A DNA stretch of 64,000 nt from positions 124,001 to 188,000 of the forward strand of contig LSRY02000022.1 in assembly GCA_001643675.2 (NCBI GenBank), written 5' to 3'. Positions 16,880 through 29,835 of the stretch are shown here, in pieces. The DNA comes from Monocercomonoides exilis PA203 (taxonomy: Eukaryota > Protista > Preaxostyla). The notes below the pieces were generated by a model, which was not told where the DNA came from, did no database searches, and saw only the letters and a program-made list of their open reading frames with translations. Both the position numbers and the translations under genes were made by a program. The first letter of the stretch is position 1; every line of letters starts with the position of its first letter.

Positions 16880-19438
16880 AAATTCAGCTCCTTCTTGTTC
16901 CAGAACTCAAAAATGATCGGGTTTTTGAGCAAATAGTAATCTTTTTTCAAATGAAAATATTGTCTTTGTACCAGAGAAGGAGCTGACAACTTGTTCGATA
17001 ACTTTTCTCAAAGAAGATTCATTTGGCAGCATCTCTGTTGTAGCTCGGCGGGGGGTTCCATATGGGGGTGTTGTGTGTTCATACGATGTGGCGCTTTCAG
17101 TGATGCTTTCGGTTCATTTGTTTGAAGCTTCTTCCGTTGCATGCAGAGTCTGTGTGAGCGAAGTTGAAGAGATGGATTGTATTTGTGGAGGTGGATGTGA
17201 ATGTTTTTTCCATTGTTCTACGATCTGTTTGTAGGTGACAGCGAGGCTGCATATATGGAGATTGCTGCAGTTCAAATATTTTGTGGTGAAGATGGACGAC
17301 GAAGTTATAAGAGAAGTGATTGGAGTATGTGAAGTTGGAGATATTGTGGGATAGCACTGGATGCTGCGTGGGGTAAGGATGAAGGATGTGGTTCTGTCAC
17401 AAGCAGCGATTGCGCTGGCGGTGCTGGAGGAGCGGGAAGAAGTAGAGGAAGGAGAAAGGGGAGGCAAAGAGGGAGAAGAAAAGGGAGAAGAAGAGGGAGA
17501 AGATGGAAGGAGAGAGGAAGGTGATGTGAATGAGGAGAAAGGAGCGTATCCGACAGCTCACAGAGAGTTTTTGGAAAGAATAAAAGAGAACCAGGTGAAG
17601 CTGGAAGAAGCGATGGCACTGCTGGTTGTGGAGACGTTTGGGTTGAGTCGTCTGAGGTTTGTGAAGGCGGAAGCATGGACAGTGATATTTTCAGAGAGGC
17701 GTCTGCCGCAAATGCTGAACAATGCTCTCACTTTGCGTGCCTGCTGTGTAACATTGGAATACGCGAGAAATTAGAATTGTGCAGCAGGAGAAGCAGATGG
17801 GTGTTTGAGTATTTCTTCAATAAAAATTCGAATTGAAATAACTGGAGAATGTGGAGCAGTCGTAAATATCAGTTGAACGTTTGACAATAATTGAGGAAAA
17901 AGACAAATTCGATGAAGAAGTTGGGCAAGAAAGTTGTTTGTTTTGTGCTGAGTGGAAAGAATAAGAAGAAGGGAAAAAGAAGGGGAAAAGAAGGAAAAAA
18001 AAAAAAAAAGAAGAAGAAGAAGGAGGAGGAGGAGGGAGAGAAAGAGAAGAAGAAACAGGGTTTTGGAGGTTGGAAGCGGTTTGGGAAGAAGAGCTGATTT
18101 GATTGGACAATATTGATTGGGATGCATATGTGTAAATGAAGTTATTATTGCCTCTCTCATTCCCACACTCGTCAAATCTTCCATTTCCTCTTCTTCCTTC
18201 CCATGCTCCTTCAATCTGAAGATCCTTTCTTTATCTCCTCCCTTCTCCTGTTCCCATTCCAATTGTCTTCCCCTCTTCCATCTGCATTGATATTGCTTGT
18301 TTTTCCATCAGAGACGAAGTTATAATGAAGTCAATAAAAATTTCTGCTCCGTCTTCACTGAAAAAAGAGTCACTTTCATTTTTTTATTCATCCACTTCAT
18401 CATCATCTTCCTCTTCTTCTTCTCTCATTTACTTCTCATCTTCGACATCTTCCTTTCTTTTGTTGTGGTGTTTCATTCGATGATTTTTGTTTCTTTTTGA
18501 TTGAGATGTTGCATTTGTTCTCGAATCTTTGGCATTTTTTGATATTTTGATATCCAATTTCACATTCTTCTCTTTTCTCCCTCTTCCTCTTTCTCTTTTG
18601 CATTTTCTTTTCTTCCCCTCTCCTTCAACTTCCATTTCTGTCTTAACATCCGAATCCGAATCCGAGTCCAATTCATGTTCTCTTTCCTTTTCTTTCTTTT
18701 CTTCTTTTTCCTCTTCTCTTCCTTCATCCAAACAAACATCAGATTTCATCCTTATCTTCCAGCCATTTCCTCCAAATGGCGAATGATTTGATTCACCCAG
18801 CACTGCACAGGCTGATGAGCTTCCCTTTGTGTGTACTTCTGAATAGAAATCTGAATGAGAAGAGGAATGAGAAGAAGAATGAGCATGTGAATGGCAACGG
18901 CAATGGCAATGACAAATGGAATGAGAATGAGAACGAGAATGCGCATGTGAATGCGAGTGAAAGTGAGAGTGAGAAAGAGAATGAGAAACTGAATGAGAAA
19001 CGGAATGAGAGAGAGAATCTGTTGTTGAGTGAGTTACAAATTGAGAAATTGAATGAAAAGAAAAAGAAGAAAAAGGAGAAGTAAAAGAAGAAGAAGAAGA
19101 AGAAGAAGAAGTAGAAGAGGAAGAGGAAGAGGAAGAGGAAGAGGAAGAGGAAGAGGAAGAGGAAGAGGAAGAGGAAGAGGAAGAGGAAGAAGAAGAAGAA
19201 GAAGAAGATAAAGAGGAAGAGGAAGAGGAAGAGGAAGAAGAAGAAGAAGAAATACAATTTCTTTTTGGATTGAGGTGGATGAGACTGGAGAATGAAGAAG
19301 CTCTGTTGTGAAGCATTTTTTTCTTTCTGGGAACAGAAGGAGTTTGAGAAGAAGTGGGGAAATCAGAAGAAGAAGAAGAAGAAGAAGAAGAAGAAGAAGA
19401 AGAAGAAGAAGAAGAAGAAGAAGATGATGATGATGATG

Positions 19439-19470
<32 letters not shown>

Positions 19471-21420
19471 ACATCGAGCGACTTTGCGCATACAGAACGG
19501 ACAACATCCTGCTCTTTCTTTGGTGTGCAGCACGAAGATGACTGCGACAGATGCGAATGGGTGTTTTTGGGTAAGGGGAAGATTCAGTTCGTCTTCTGAT
19601 GATGCTATTTGTGAATGTTGCTTTGGTTTTTTCTCTTTCTCCCTCTTCTTCTTCTTCTTCTTGTGTTTTTTTCTCTTTTTCATCATATTCTTCTTTCTCT
19701 GACTCTCTTTCCTCCTCTTCCTCCTCTTCCTCCTCTTCCTCCTCTTCCTCCTCTTCCTCCTCTTCCTCTTCCTGCATTTGCTTCTTCCTCGTCTTCTCTG
19801 CCAGCACATCCACAACTAATTCAATTCCTTCCTCGTTTCCACACAGCACCATTTTCAGCAGCACATTAATCATATTATCCACAGTTGCGCTTTCTAAATT
19901 GCTCTTGTTCTGCTTGAATGTCTGGAGCTGCTTGGAAGAGGAAGAAGAGGAAGAAGAGGAAGAAGAACGAGAATAAGCAAGAGAATGAGAAAGAGAAGGG
20001 GAGAGAGAAAGAGAAGGAGAAAGAGTTGGAGAGAGAGTTTGAGAGAGAGAACGAGAAGGAGAAGGAGAGGAAGAGGAAGAATAAGAAGGAGAAGAAAAAG
20101 AGTTTTCATCTGAAATAAGAGTTAGTGCAGATGGAGAAGCTAATGACAGAAATGCAAGGGAAAAGAAGATGAGATTTTTATGTCGTATTCAACACACTGC
20201 ATCACATTCAAGATACTTCAACCAAATGCGCTGCTTCCTCACTCCATAATGTTTCAGGCGAAGTTCTCCATTTCTCTTCTTCTTCCAGAAGACTTGCTGA
20301 AGCGCAGAAGAATAAAGCGGACAGCTGAAAATGACAACCGAGTATTTTGTTCAAGAAGGCAGCACTCAGGAGGTGATGGAGCTGAGGATAATTGAGAGAA
20401 AGAAGCCGTAGTTGAACAAAGGAGTTCAGATGCTATTTAAATTTGTGGAGCTCCAACAGAGCAGAAGAAGAGGAAGAGGAAGAATAAGAGGAAGAAAAAA
20501 GGGGAGGAGAGGTTGAGCGAAGGCAGAAGAGCTGAGAGCTCATTGTTGTTTAATCTGGTGGAGGGCTGATGATCTGTGTGCAGATCCGAAAGGGGAGCTC
20601 GTGGATAATGAGGCGGTGCATTGCAGATGGGCAGTCGGAGAAGATGCTGGACGAGCTGAACATGCTGCAGACAAGAAGCCAGGAAGCACCATGGGTGGAC
20701 GGGCAGAGATACAGCGGAAAAACATCACCGAAGAGGAATTTGGCCGTGGAGAATTTAAAAAACTTTGCTCAGCATGGGATAAGGAATGGTATTAATAAAA
20801 AGAAGGTCAAAAAGGAGAATTGTGTTATAAGTTCTGAAAGCTTGTCGAAGAGATCGAGGAAAAGCAGAAAAGTGCGACTTTGATTACTTCATATGAATAG
20901 GTCGGAAGGAGCTGATTTGTCATGCGAACACACATATCCCGTTTCATCTTCGGAAGCTGTGCTGTGAAGTGGAAGCGTCGGTAGTAATGGAGCACAGATG
21001 ATTCTGTGAAGATGAAGTCAACAACGGAGTGGGAAATTGATGCGACAAGCAGAGCAGAGAAAAAGTTGAAGCAGGCAATGTGAAAAAGATTCTGACCAAT
21101 TGTGCAGCAATGACATGAGTATATGCGTTTGGGAGTGTGTTTAATGGGGAACCTGATCCGGAGACACTACTGAAGGGTTTTGAAGAGGGGAGACAAACAG
21201 AAGAATGACGAGTGAAGACAGCCAGCCCATTCTTTTTGTCAGACAACAGATCAGACTTGTTAGATGTGATTGCTCAGAGAAGGTGGCAAAATGCTGTGAA
21301 GATGGTGATCAATGAACCTGCGAAACGTTATCGGTCATTACAGAAAGTCTGTGCATTATCAGAGTTTATTCCGATGAGTGTTCCGAAGGCGTTGAAATTA
21401 GCGGTTGAGAATTAATGTAA
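16880..21420. other. Host-like coding fragments and low-complexity tracts (cargo of hAT2)
   Basis: Relatively GC-rich broken ORFs on both strands (17361-17774 +, 19034-19882 -, 20569-21415 +) with no transposase similarity, all inside the TIRs. Confidence 0.5.
19085..19467. repeat. Compound microsatellites (GAA)n/(GAGGAA)n and (GAA)n(GAT)n(AAT)n
   Basis: Seen directly in the sequence. Confidence 0.9.
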
Positions 21421-21702
21421 TGATTCGTTTCTTCTTATTCCTCATTTTCCTCATCTTTCTCTTCTTTCTCTTCTTTCTCTTCTTTAACATTTTCCTCTTC
21501 GGAGATAAAGATTGAAGTGGATTGTTCAACGAAAATATTTTTATCGTTATTTCTTTTTATTGTGTTCATTTCACAATTGTTCTTATGAAAGAGATAATGC
21601 ATTTTTAACCTTTTTTATTGAGATTGATTTGAAAGTTTCATAAAATGAAATGTGTCAAAAAAAACTTAGCTGAACTAAATTGTAAAAATGAATAAAAAAA
21701 AA

Positions 21703-24700
21703 TTACATTAAAAGCAATGCGTTGAGAGTGTTAAATGAAAGAGAGTGTCTGTTGTCTCCAGTTATTCTTTTCATCCTCGAGAAAATTCGTTCACAGCTTG
21801 CTTCGCTGCACGGTGATGAAACAAAAGAAAAACAAATATTCGAATATATGGTGTGATTGAAACTTTTCTTTGATAAGTTCATATAATAGATTTGAGCATT
21901 ATCTTCAATAACAGAACTTGGCGATGCACTCAGCTCACTTTGGTATATCTTCAGACATAATTCTTTCAGCTTATGATCTTCTTTGAATAAAACTGAATTT
22001 ATTAATATTTCAAACCTTCGCTCCATCCTATTGCTCCAATCTGACGTGATGCAAGAAGAAATGTTGAGGCACATTTCGTCTTCTTTGTCAGTCGAATGTG
22101 GTGAGATGATATCGAAAACTTTGCTTGCAAAAAGCAATTCAACTTCATCATCTTCCGATTCAATTGCAACATCTGAAGATTCATTCGTGTCTGAAAATGA
22201 GTCAGATAATCTTGATGATGATGTTAAAAAAGATGATGAACAAGACGAAGATAATGATGGAGATCTTGTGACTGAATCAAAAATATTAGCTGCTTGAAAA
22301 TCAGGATCATTCATATCTTTTTCTGCCAATAAAATTCCAAGAGAATCTTCTTCTAAATCATCCGATTCGTTTTCAAATTCTTCTTTTGTCTTTGGTTCTT
22401 CTGGCTGTGGCGCTTCACCCCTTTCGACAGTATCTGCAATTCGAAGGAGTTTGATGATTTCTGCACAGACGTCATCAAGTTTCTTATCTTTTAACATATC
22501 ATCAAAGCAATTGAGGTTCTGAGACATTGTGAAAAAGCTGACCTGTTCATCTCTAACAGATGAATGAAACCTTTCCAAAGCAAGATTGAAACTATCATTT
22601 GATAAATAGTAATTATGTGTCATAGAAAATGGAGAGAAAGTATTAATTTGAAAAGGAGAAGAAATATCACTAAGTTGATTTTTATCCAAACTGGAAGAAG
22701 AACAATTGGATAAATTTGATTGCAATGAAGATGAAAAAGAAGAATTTGTTGAGTTGAAAAAATCTGAGTGTGATGAAATATCCCTTGGTCCAAAAAACGA
22801 GGAAGATCTCATTTGAACTAGTCTGTTGTCTTCATTTAAATGACCTTGTTGAAGAATTGTTATTTCCGAATTAGAATGCTCACTGATTGAATGGAAAAGA
22901 TTATCTGTTCCTCCTTTTGAATCCAACTTTTCTATCACGTGTTTTGCTTCAATAAATGAATTTGTTAATTTATTTCTAATGAACTTTTGCATTCCAACTA
23001 GTGTTAAAGCGTGTGCCAGTGATATCATTTCACCTGTTTTTCCAAATAAAAAATGGTTATGCATCAGAACAAGAATATTGGTAATTGCATTTTGCCAATT
23101 TGAAGATCTGAATCTTTGGAAGCATTTGATTCCATATAAAATTCCAATTGTTTGAAGGATCATGGGGAAAATTTCACCAAGTTTTGTGTGATCGTTTTCC
23201 AAAAAAAGTTGTAGCCTGTGAATAGGAAATAACAATAATTCCATCAATACAGAATTTAACACTTTATCTGTGGAAAGCAAAGAATGTTTTAAAATTGCCT
23301 CGCTGTTTTTCCTGATAAATGAGCAAATTGGGAACAAACAAAGCCATCTCGTATGAACAAATGAAGGACATTTTTGCTTTAGTAACTTTCTGATTGCCGA
23401 AGAATGGGCATATTTTGCAAAAAATGTTAGATCATTCAATATTTGGGGCAAAATATTTCACTTCAGGCATTTTCATTGAAAAATTATGCATTTTTCATTA
23501 ACTTTTTGAGTTCAAAAAACACAAAAAAATTGGGTACATTTTTTGACATTCGAGAAATGCTGGAAAACATTATGTTTTAATTTCAACGATGCCTGTTTAC
23601 AGATCTGAAAATATAGTTTAATTTGAAATCTGAGAAAGAGAAATAAAGTTATGAGTGAAACAATTTTTCAATGCTATGTGCATAAAATGCTTGAAAGTCA
23701 ATATTTTCCCCCATTTGTCAAAGAAAATCAATTTTTGTGAAAGCTTTTGTAATAACTATATTTAAAAGATGGTAAGAACAATAAATAGAAAATGGAGCAA
23801 CTTTAATTTTGGATAGCAAAGACTCTTCATATTCTTCAAGTGATGTGAAGTTTTCCAGAGCTTTTTTCTGAGGTTTTAAACCATCTGAACAGAAACACCT
23901 AACACTTGCATGTAATGACTCCAATTCTTTTATTATGATCCAGGCTAATTTTCTATAATGACTAGCATTGAAACAAGGAGGATAAACTTTCCAAAAAAAG
24001 TTGTAGTTTCTAGTGACAGAGGAGCAATTGTTACAACGGTGCATTTTTGTCCTCCAACTATTCCGCCATCCATCAAAACGCAAATGCATTTTCCGTATAA
24101 TTCTTTCGCCCTCTTTTCTTTTGCGACTTCACTTTGAGAAATAATCAAGCTGCTTGGTTTTCTACTTGTTAAATATGGGAATATTTTTGTAGGATGTTTG
24201 TCTGGATTATCTTGAGAAATTTTTATTAAGGAAGTTATGAAATTGTTAAATTCTTTCAATGATGCAGAAGCTATGAAAATGTTGCAGTGACTCACAATTT
24301 GCGCAAAAAGAAATTCCAAATTAGTGCTTGTGTTGTTAACTGAATTATCAAATTTTTTGGTTGGATCATCACGATTTTTAATCACAGAAGAGAATTGTTT
24401 GAAACTTGTGATGTTTTGTGTTAATAAAATTGAACAATGATAATTTTTGATTTCAGCATAATTTTTCCTTCAGCTGACACCACAAACTGCATCTCCTCTT
24501 GCATTTGGACAAAGGAATTGTTTGTGATATTCCCTAACTGGCGATCCGCATTCGTTTGATGGGATGAAAGATATCCATAATTTTTCGTGAACAACTTCCA
24601 ATGTAACTTTTGTTAAAAACTCTTTTTCTTTAACAGGATGTTTGTAGACTTTGAATAATTTTTATTGTATATCAAAATAAAAGATATTCACAAGCAAACA

Positions 24701-24923
24701 TGCTCCTTTTTCATTTCGTTCCACCAGAGCGAGATTCAAAAAGGAGCATCCGTATTTTTTTAATTCATCGAGTTTTCTCAAATAACTCATTGCCTAACAA
24801 TAAAAAAAATGTTTTTCAAAAAAATGCAAGAAAAAAAAACAATAAAACAATTTTCGAATCTGTTAGTGCATCTTGAAACTCTTTGATTAGTGAATCCTTG
24901 TTTAAAATGATGGGCCCTGACAT
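21703..24923 (-). pseudogene. hAT transposase pseudogene, paralogous to that of hAT1
   Basis: MDGG, CSDG, CSYHLLNI, HTRW and SEASCERIFS motifs across ORFs 23945-24385, 23718-24089 and 21703-23451. Frameshift near 23995, stops, and a 268-bp insertion. Upstream exon from ATG 24923 is inferred. Confidence 0.9.
23445..23712. mobile_element. 268-bp MITE inserted in the hAT2 transposase (GGGG termini, 4-bp TSD; Sola-like)
   Basis: TSD ATTT (23441-23444, 23713-23716). TIRs GGGGCAAAATATTTCACTTCAGGCATTTT and GGGGGAAAATATTGACTTTCAAGCATTTT match at 23/29 positions. Removing the insertion restores the transposase frame (DFL*QILND). Confidence 0.85.
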
Positions 24924-26187
24924 GACGTTTTTGACTGAGACAAAAAATGATCAACAAGTCACTGACTTGGAAATAACCTAATTGTTGATCTGGTCATTTC
25001 CCATCATTAACAAAATATACAAATTTATTTTTTTCATGAAGTTATGATTTGTTTATTTGGAATTCATTAAAACTATATGATTGAAAAATTTTCTATTTGG
25101 GTGATTATTTTTGATATCATATTTTTTCTTTCAATAATCTCGGTCAGAAAATTTCTGTTGAATGTCAAAAAAAGGAGACTGAAAAATGAAAAGACCAATT
25201 AAAAACGTCTTTATCTTTATTTCAGATATAGCATTTGTTTTGACAGCAGTTGTGATAATTTAACAATTCAAACGCAAAGTCTCTTAACAATGACAAACAA
25301 CGTTTGAAAAATCGATACCCCGAAAAAAGTTATGATTACAAAAATAATCACACATTTGAAAGAAATATATTTCATATCAAAAATAGAAAAAAAAATGCTT
25401 TGACCTGAATAAAAGAAAAAGTCAGTCAGAATGGTAATTTTTATTGTTAAAAGTCAGTAAGTCACAAAGGCTTATTTTCTGCAATTCATCTTCCAAAAAT
25501 TTTTATTTGAAAAAATGTTTGTAAAATTTTATTTTTCACAATATATGTGATTTTTTTTTAAAAAGTCGCAAATGTTTAATTATCAAATAAATCAAAAATT
25601 TCATATATTGTTCAAATTTCGGTTGCCGCTCATGTTACTTCACAGGAATGTGAGAGATATGGTATATCAGCTATGGATCCATCTCGATTAAGATCAATCA
25701 AATATATCGATTTATGAATATCTGATTGTAGTCGTCATCTTGTATAATAAGTTGAATAGGCAATGATAATAAGATAGAGATCGAGAGTTATTGCTGATAT
25801 ACTTAGGTGTTATCATGATTCAATATTCAGTGATGTTCTATAAAGAAGGAGTCATTGATAGGTGTAATCGATATGTATCTATTGCTGATATACAATATCT
25901 CCACGGAGGAGATTAGCTAAAAGATAAACTGGAAGATTAACTAAATTTATGTTGAAGTTGGTATATTAATGGTGAAATTGTGTGAAAATTGGTGTTTTCG
26001 TTGATGAAATACATGAGTTGAACATGAGTTGAACATGTGTCGAACGTTGATGTTATCGTTGATGGAAATAACAGATGGAATTATGTCAAAGATGGTAAAT
26101 TAGTGGTGAATTTGTGTGACAATTGGTGTTATCGTTGGTGTGATCTTAAATAAAAATAATTGATTTTGTTTTTTTGTTTTATCGTAA

Positions 26188-26439
26188 ATGGGTCGGAAGA
26201 AGATATACGCAACTGTGGAGGAAGCGAAAGAGGCTCAACAGAAACAAATTAAACAGTTTCAGGAAAAACGTAAGGAAGAAACTAAGTATTACAACGAACA
26301 TGTAACTGAGAAACAGAAGAAGTTGATAAAGATATTGAGGAGAAAGGTTATCGAAAGTGATGAGTTGTTAGATGAGTTGATGGAAAAAGTTAGTGGTTAT
26401 TGCCTGAACAAGCTTGATTGGGACAAATGTGTTAATTGA
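26188..26439 (+). CDS. Small basic helical protein encoded in the left TIR (83 aa), possibly DNA-binding
   Basis: Intact ATG ORF MGRKKIYATVEEAKEAQQKQIKQFQEKRK… with protein-like composition after an AT-rich leader. Confidence 0.6.
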   Translation: MGRKKIYATVEEAKEAQQKQIKQFQEKRKEETKYYNEHVTEKQKKLIKILRRKVIESDELLDELMEKVSGYCLNKLDWDKCVN

Positions 26440-27369
26440 TGAAACACAACAAGTGGAACACGTTTGTTGTATCGTTGATTGTTAAGAACAGTGTCCACGG
26501 TGGAGTTGTGGTGGATTGCCAACATCTATATTTTTGATTGGAAAAAGTGCCAATCGGTAGTCAGGATACCAAATTGTGGCAATATCGAGATGCTTGGGGA
26601 TGGGAAATGTTGAGTTAAATCTCCGAGCTGGAAGCGTAGTCCGGTAGTCCGGTAGTCCGGATCTTTTAAGTTCATCTGAAAAGAGCTGCCAACATGCCAT
26701 TTCTGCCAACATGAGCAATCAACCCCTAATTTACCATGATTTTGAGGGTTTTTATTTATTTTCGATCATGTTGTCATTCTGCCACATTGCCACATGGAAT
26801 CGTCGGTGGTATATAATAAGTGACACACATCAGTTGTATCGTCAGTTGTTAAGAACAGTTGTCACCTGCACCGGGTTGATGGTGAAGGTCATGTGGGTGA
26901 TGATGTGGCATGGAGATATTAACTAAAATCTCCGAGCTTTTCACCTGCACTGGGTACACCGGGTGCACCGGGTCAAATATATTCTATAAATTATGTGGGC
27001 AAACGGGCAAACGGGGCAAATGGGCAAAATACATTTAATGTGAAAAAATTGATGAAATATAACAGACTACACATCAGTTGTTCCATCAGTGGCACACAAG
27101 TTGTGTATTCAATTCAGGAAGTAATTTTTAACTTTTGATAGCACAAGTTACTTGTTCCAGCTTGTGCCGATATGATTTTCAGGGAAATATCGTTTATTTT
27201 GCATTAAAATCAGTGAAAAATTAGTGAAAATCATGTGAAATTCACCACAAAACCGCAAATTGTCGGCACACGCGGCACAGCACAAGTTACCGTTGGGGTC
27301 ACCGTTACCCAAACCGATTTTTGTCCTGCCTGCTTTTTGTTTATTATAAAAAATATATTTGTTTCAATT

Positions 27370-29835
27370 ATTAGTTTTCGTTGATGTTTGATTCGATGAA
27401 ATTGTCGATGTATATTAAACGTCTCCTCACACCGTCTGAACACATTACGGGGTTAGTGTCAGCGGAGTATTTTGTCTTTAATCTATCGTTGAATGTACCG
27501 ATTTTGTTCATTGATGAAGGAAATTTATTTGTGAGCAATAGAGTGTGTAATTTTTGTATAAATCGATTGCCTTGTAACCAATTTTATCGTCGCATTTTCT
27601 CCTAAATCCTAAGTCAATGTTGTTAGCATCGTTAATGAATTCATCTTACCACGCGTCGAATGAATCTTCGTACGATTGCTGTATCCTGTTAAAGAACTCT
27701 GGCATCTCGAACCTTGTGTATGGCTTGAATGTGGTTTTTTCAGCTATTTTGTCAGACTCCCTGATATATTTGACATAAGAATTAACAAAGTTTTCATCCG
27801 TTAAGTATACATTCCATAATTTGTTCCACATTTCAACAGAATCTTCTCTCGGTGACAGTATTCGTTCGATTGGATATAAACGTCTCTGAACTGCTTTGTC
27901 TGAGCAAATGCCTGCAAATGATGAATTGTTTGTCGAAAAATCACAGTCGAAATACAGGGTGATATTTTCATCGTATCTCGCCATTGATCTTGTTGATAGC
28001 ATGTCATTATCTAGTATTTTGAAGTCTTCGACAATAACTTCACCATCTTTTATTCGTGGAAGTTCGTCGAATTGTATCTGTAATTTGTTCGCTAGCAAAG
28101 ATTTCGTTTGTTCTTTACCCAATTGACTAAACCTAACATTCACGGAGGAGAATTCATTCCCATAAACCTTTGTCCTTAATGTTGTCAGAAATCCTTTTCC
28201 TCCACATCCTTCAGCACAATATCAACCAAGTGAAATCTTCGTTCTCTTGTAGTTGTTTCTGAATTGCCATTGATCGCGATTAAGGTCAAAGATGAATGTT
28301 GTTTCATCTGTGTATGTTGTTTTGAGAAAAACAAACATCTCTTCAACTTCTTGCTTCATGTCAATTTTTGGTTCTCTCATTCGGAATGTTGTGAAAACGT
28401 TTGGTTTATCGATAACAGGTGCAACTTCATCATGAACTTTGAGTTCAAAAAAATGCTCAACAAACAAGCTTTTGAGAGTGACAGTCTCACCACCTGAACC
28501 TTTTCTGATTATATATCGTTTCATTTGTTGTTCAAACCATTCTTCATCTCTGACATAATATTGGTCTTTTCTAACTCACGCAATAACATCTGTTGTCTCA
28601 CTAATTGCTGCAAATTTGTGAAGGATATTAGTGACAAGTTCAGCTTTCGACATGTTTTTCGCATTTTTTACCAGATTATTGTAAGTCTCAGTGCATGATT
28701 CGTAGTCGATAGTCACTTTAAGATACTTCTCTTTATAATTACTAGCAACTGATGCGTCTAACAGTTTCAACAAGCTGAAAAACCATTTGTTTGTCATTTC
28801 TTGTTTGCAATTCCTGCTTATCATGTCAATAACCACATCATCCACACCATTCATGTGGATACCTTTTCTGTACCATTTACAAAAGCATTCTGTCAGAAAT
28901 TCTTCTGAATAAGGACTAAACCTTAGAGGCCCTAACGTGTACATTAGATTATCGAATGTCGGTTCGAAGTTGTCCAGAAATTCGTTCATTTCATCAGACG
29001 TGAACAGAATTAAATCGTGATAATCATTAACTGTCCCGTAATCGTTGACCTGCTCGGTTTTTTGTTTATCTTTCTTCTTATCGTTAATCTCTAACGAAAA
29101 TATCACACTCCATTCACTAGCAGTCACAATTTTCTCATTACCTCTCGTCTGAATTATTTGAGTAGATGGTGGTAAATCGCCCAGTATAACTCCGTGGTTA
29201 AGTTTATTTCTTTCATCATCTTTCTTGTATATTTTATCTGATATAACATGTCTAAACAGTTGTCTGGATGAATATCCCATTTTGCTCGACACCAGTTTGT
29301 ACACTTTTGGATCACACAGCTTATGAACACCTTTCGTCGAATAACCTTTCTTGTCTGTATGTTTCATTATTTTCACCAAATCAATCGTTGATATCCGAGT
29401 AGTGTAGAAAACCACATGCATTGACAAGAAGTGATTACCATCTGGATAATACCTGAAACCATACTGTTCATTCATATGTTCATCGTTTGTGTATCCACCA
29501 ACACTATATTCACCGAAAACAATGCTAACATTCGTCAACCATTTCATAATGTCTTGATATTCAGCTTCATTCGTTATGCTGTCAAAGTCAAAGTACAAAT
29601 GGACATGCTCTTCACTAGTCAAGAATTCGATGAAACCGTCAGTGAAATCATAACTATCTACATCGGCAAATGGAATAGTTAATGGTTTCCAATAATTTGG
29701 CTTCATCATTATAGACCCATATTTAATCAAATTGTTGTCGAACTTTCGGACAATATCATTTAACAAATCATCAACTTCATTATCAACTGCAACACTATCA
29801 ATAACATCATCGTTTTCACTTATGGTTAATGTCAA
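27370..29835 (-). pseudogene. Archaeo-eukaryotic primase (PrimPol-like) fused to a D5-like SF3 helicase
   Basis: ORFs 28576-29835, 28222-28524 and 27646-28143 are in the same frame, separated by TGA at 28576 and 28222. AEP motifs HLYFDFD (DxD), LSMHVVF (SxH), CDPKVY. SF3 motifs AEGCGGKGF (Walker A), QFDEL (Walker B), STNN (motif C), VQRRL (Arg finger). Reading past TAA 27646 gives LYKNYTLYC, like the D5 C-terminal domain, then a frameshift near 27528. Confidence 0.8.

Larger units (their letters stand above)
16227..25474 (-). mobile_element. hAT DNA transposon (9.25 kb) with decayed transposase and ~5 kb cargo
   Basis: Perfect 17-bp TIR TAAGCCTTTGTGACTTA (16227-16243; 25458-25474). Identical 8-bp TSD TTTTCTGC (16219-16226, 25475-25482). 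AGTCAG subterminal repeats at both ends. Confidence 0.95.

Noticed and set aside
16940-17774. Possible TBC/RabGAP remnant in the hAT2 cargo
   Set aside because: The resemblance is too weak and the frames too broken to support without a profile search.
26482-26926. 78-aa and 71-aa ORFs duplicated in both arms
   Set aside because: The duplication simply follows from the inverted repeat. They run through short DNA repeats and show no protein-like signal.
27646-28578. Alternative genetic code (UGA=Trp) suggested by two in-frame TGAs in the primase-helicase gene
   Set aside because: The same gene also has an internal TAA and a frameshift. Neighbouring TE genes show TAA, TAG and TGA at positions expected to be L, W, Y or R, which fits ordinary decay.
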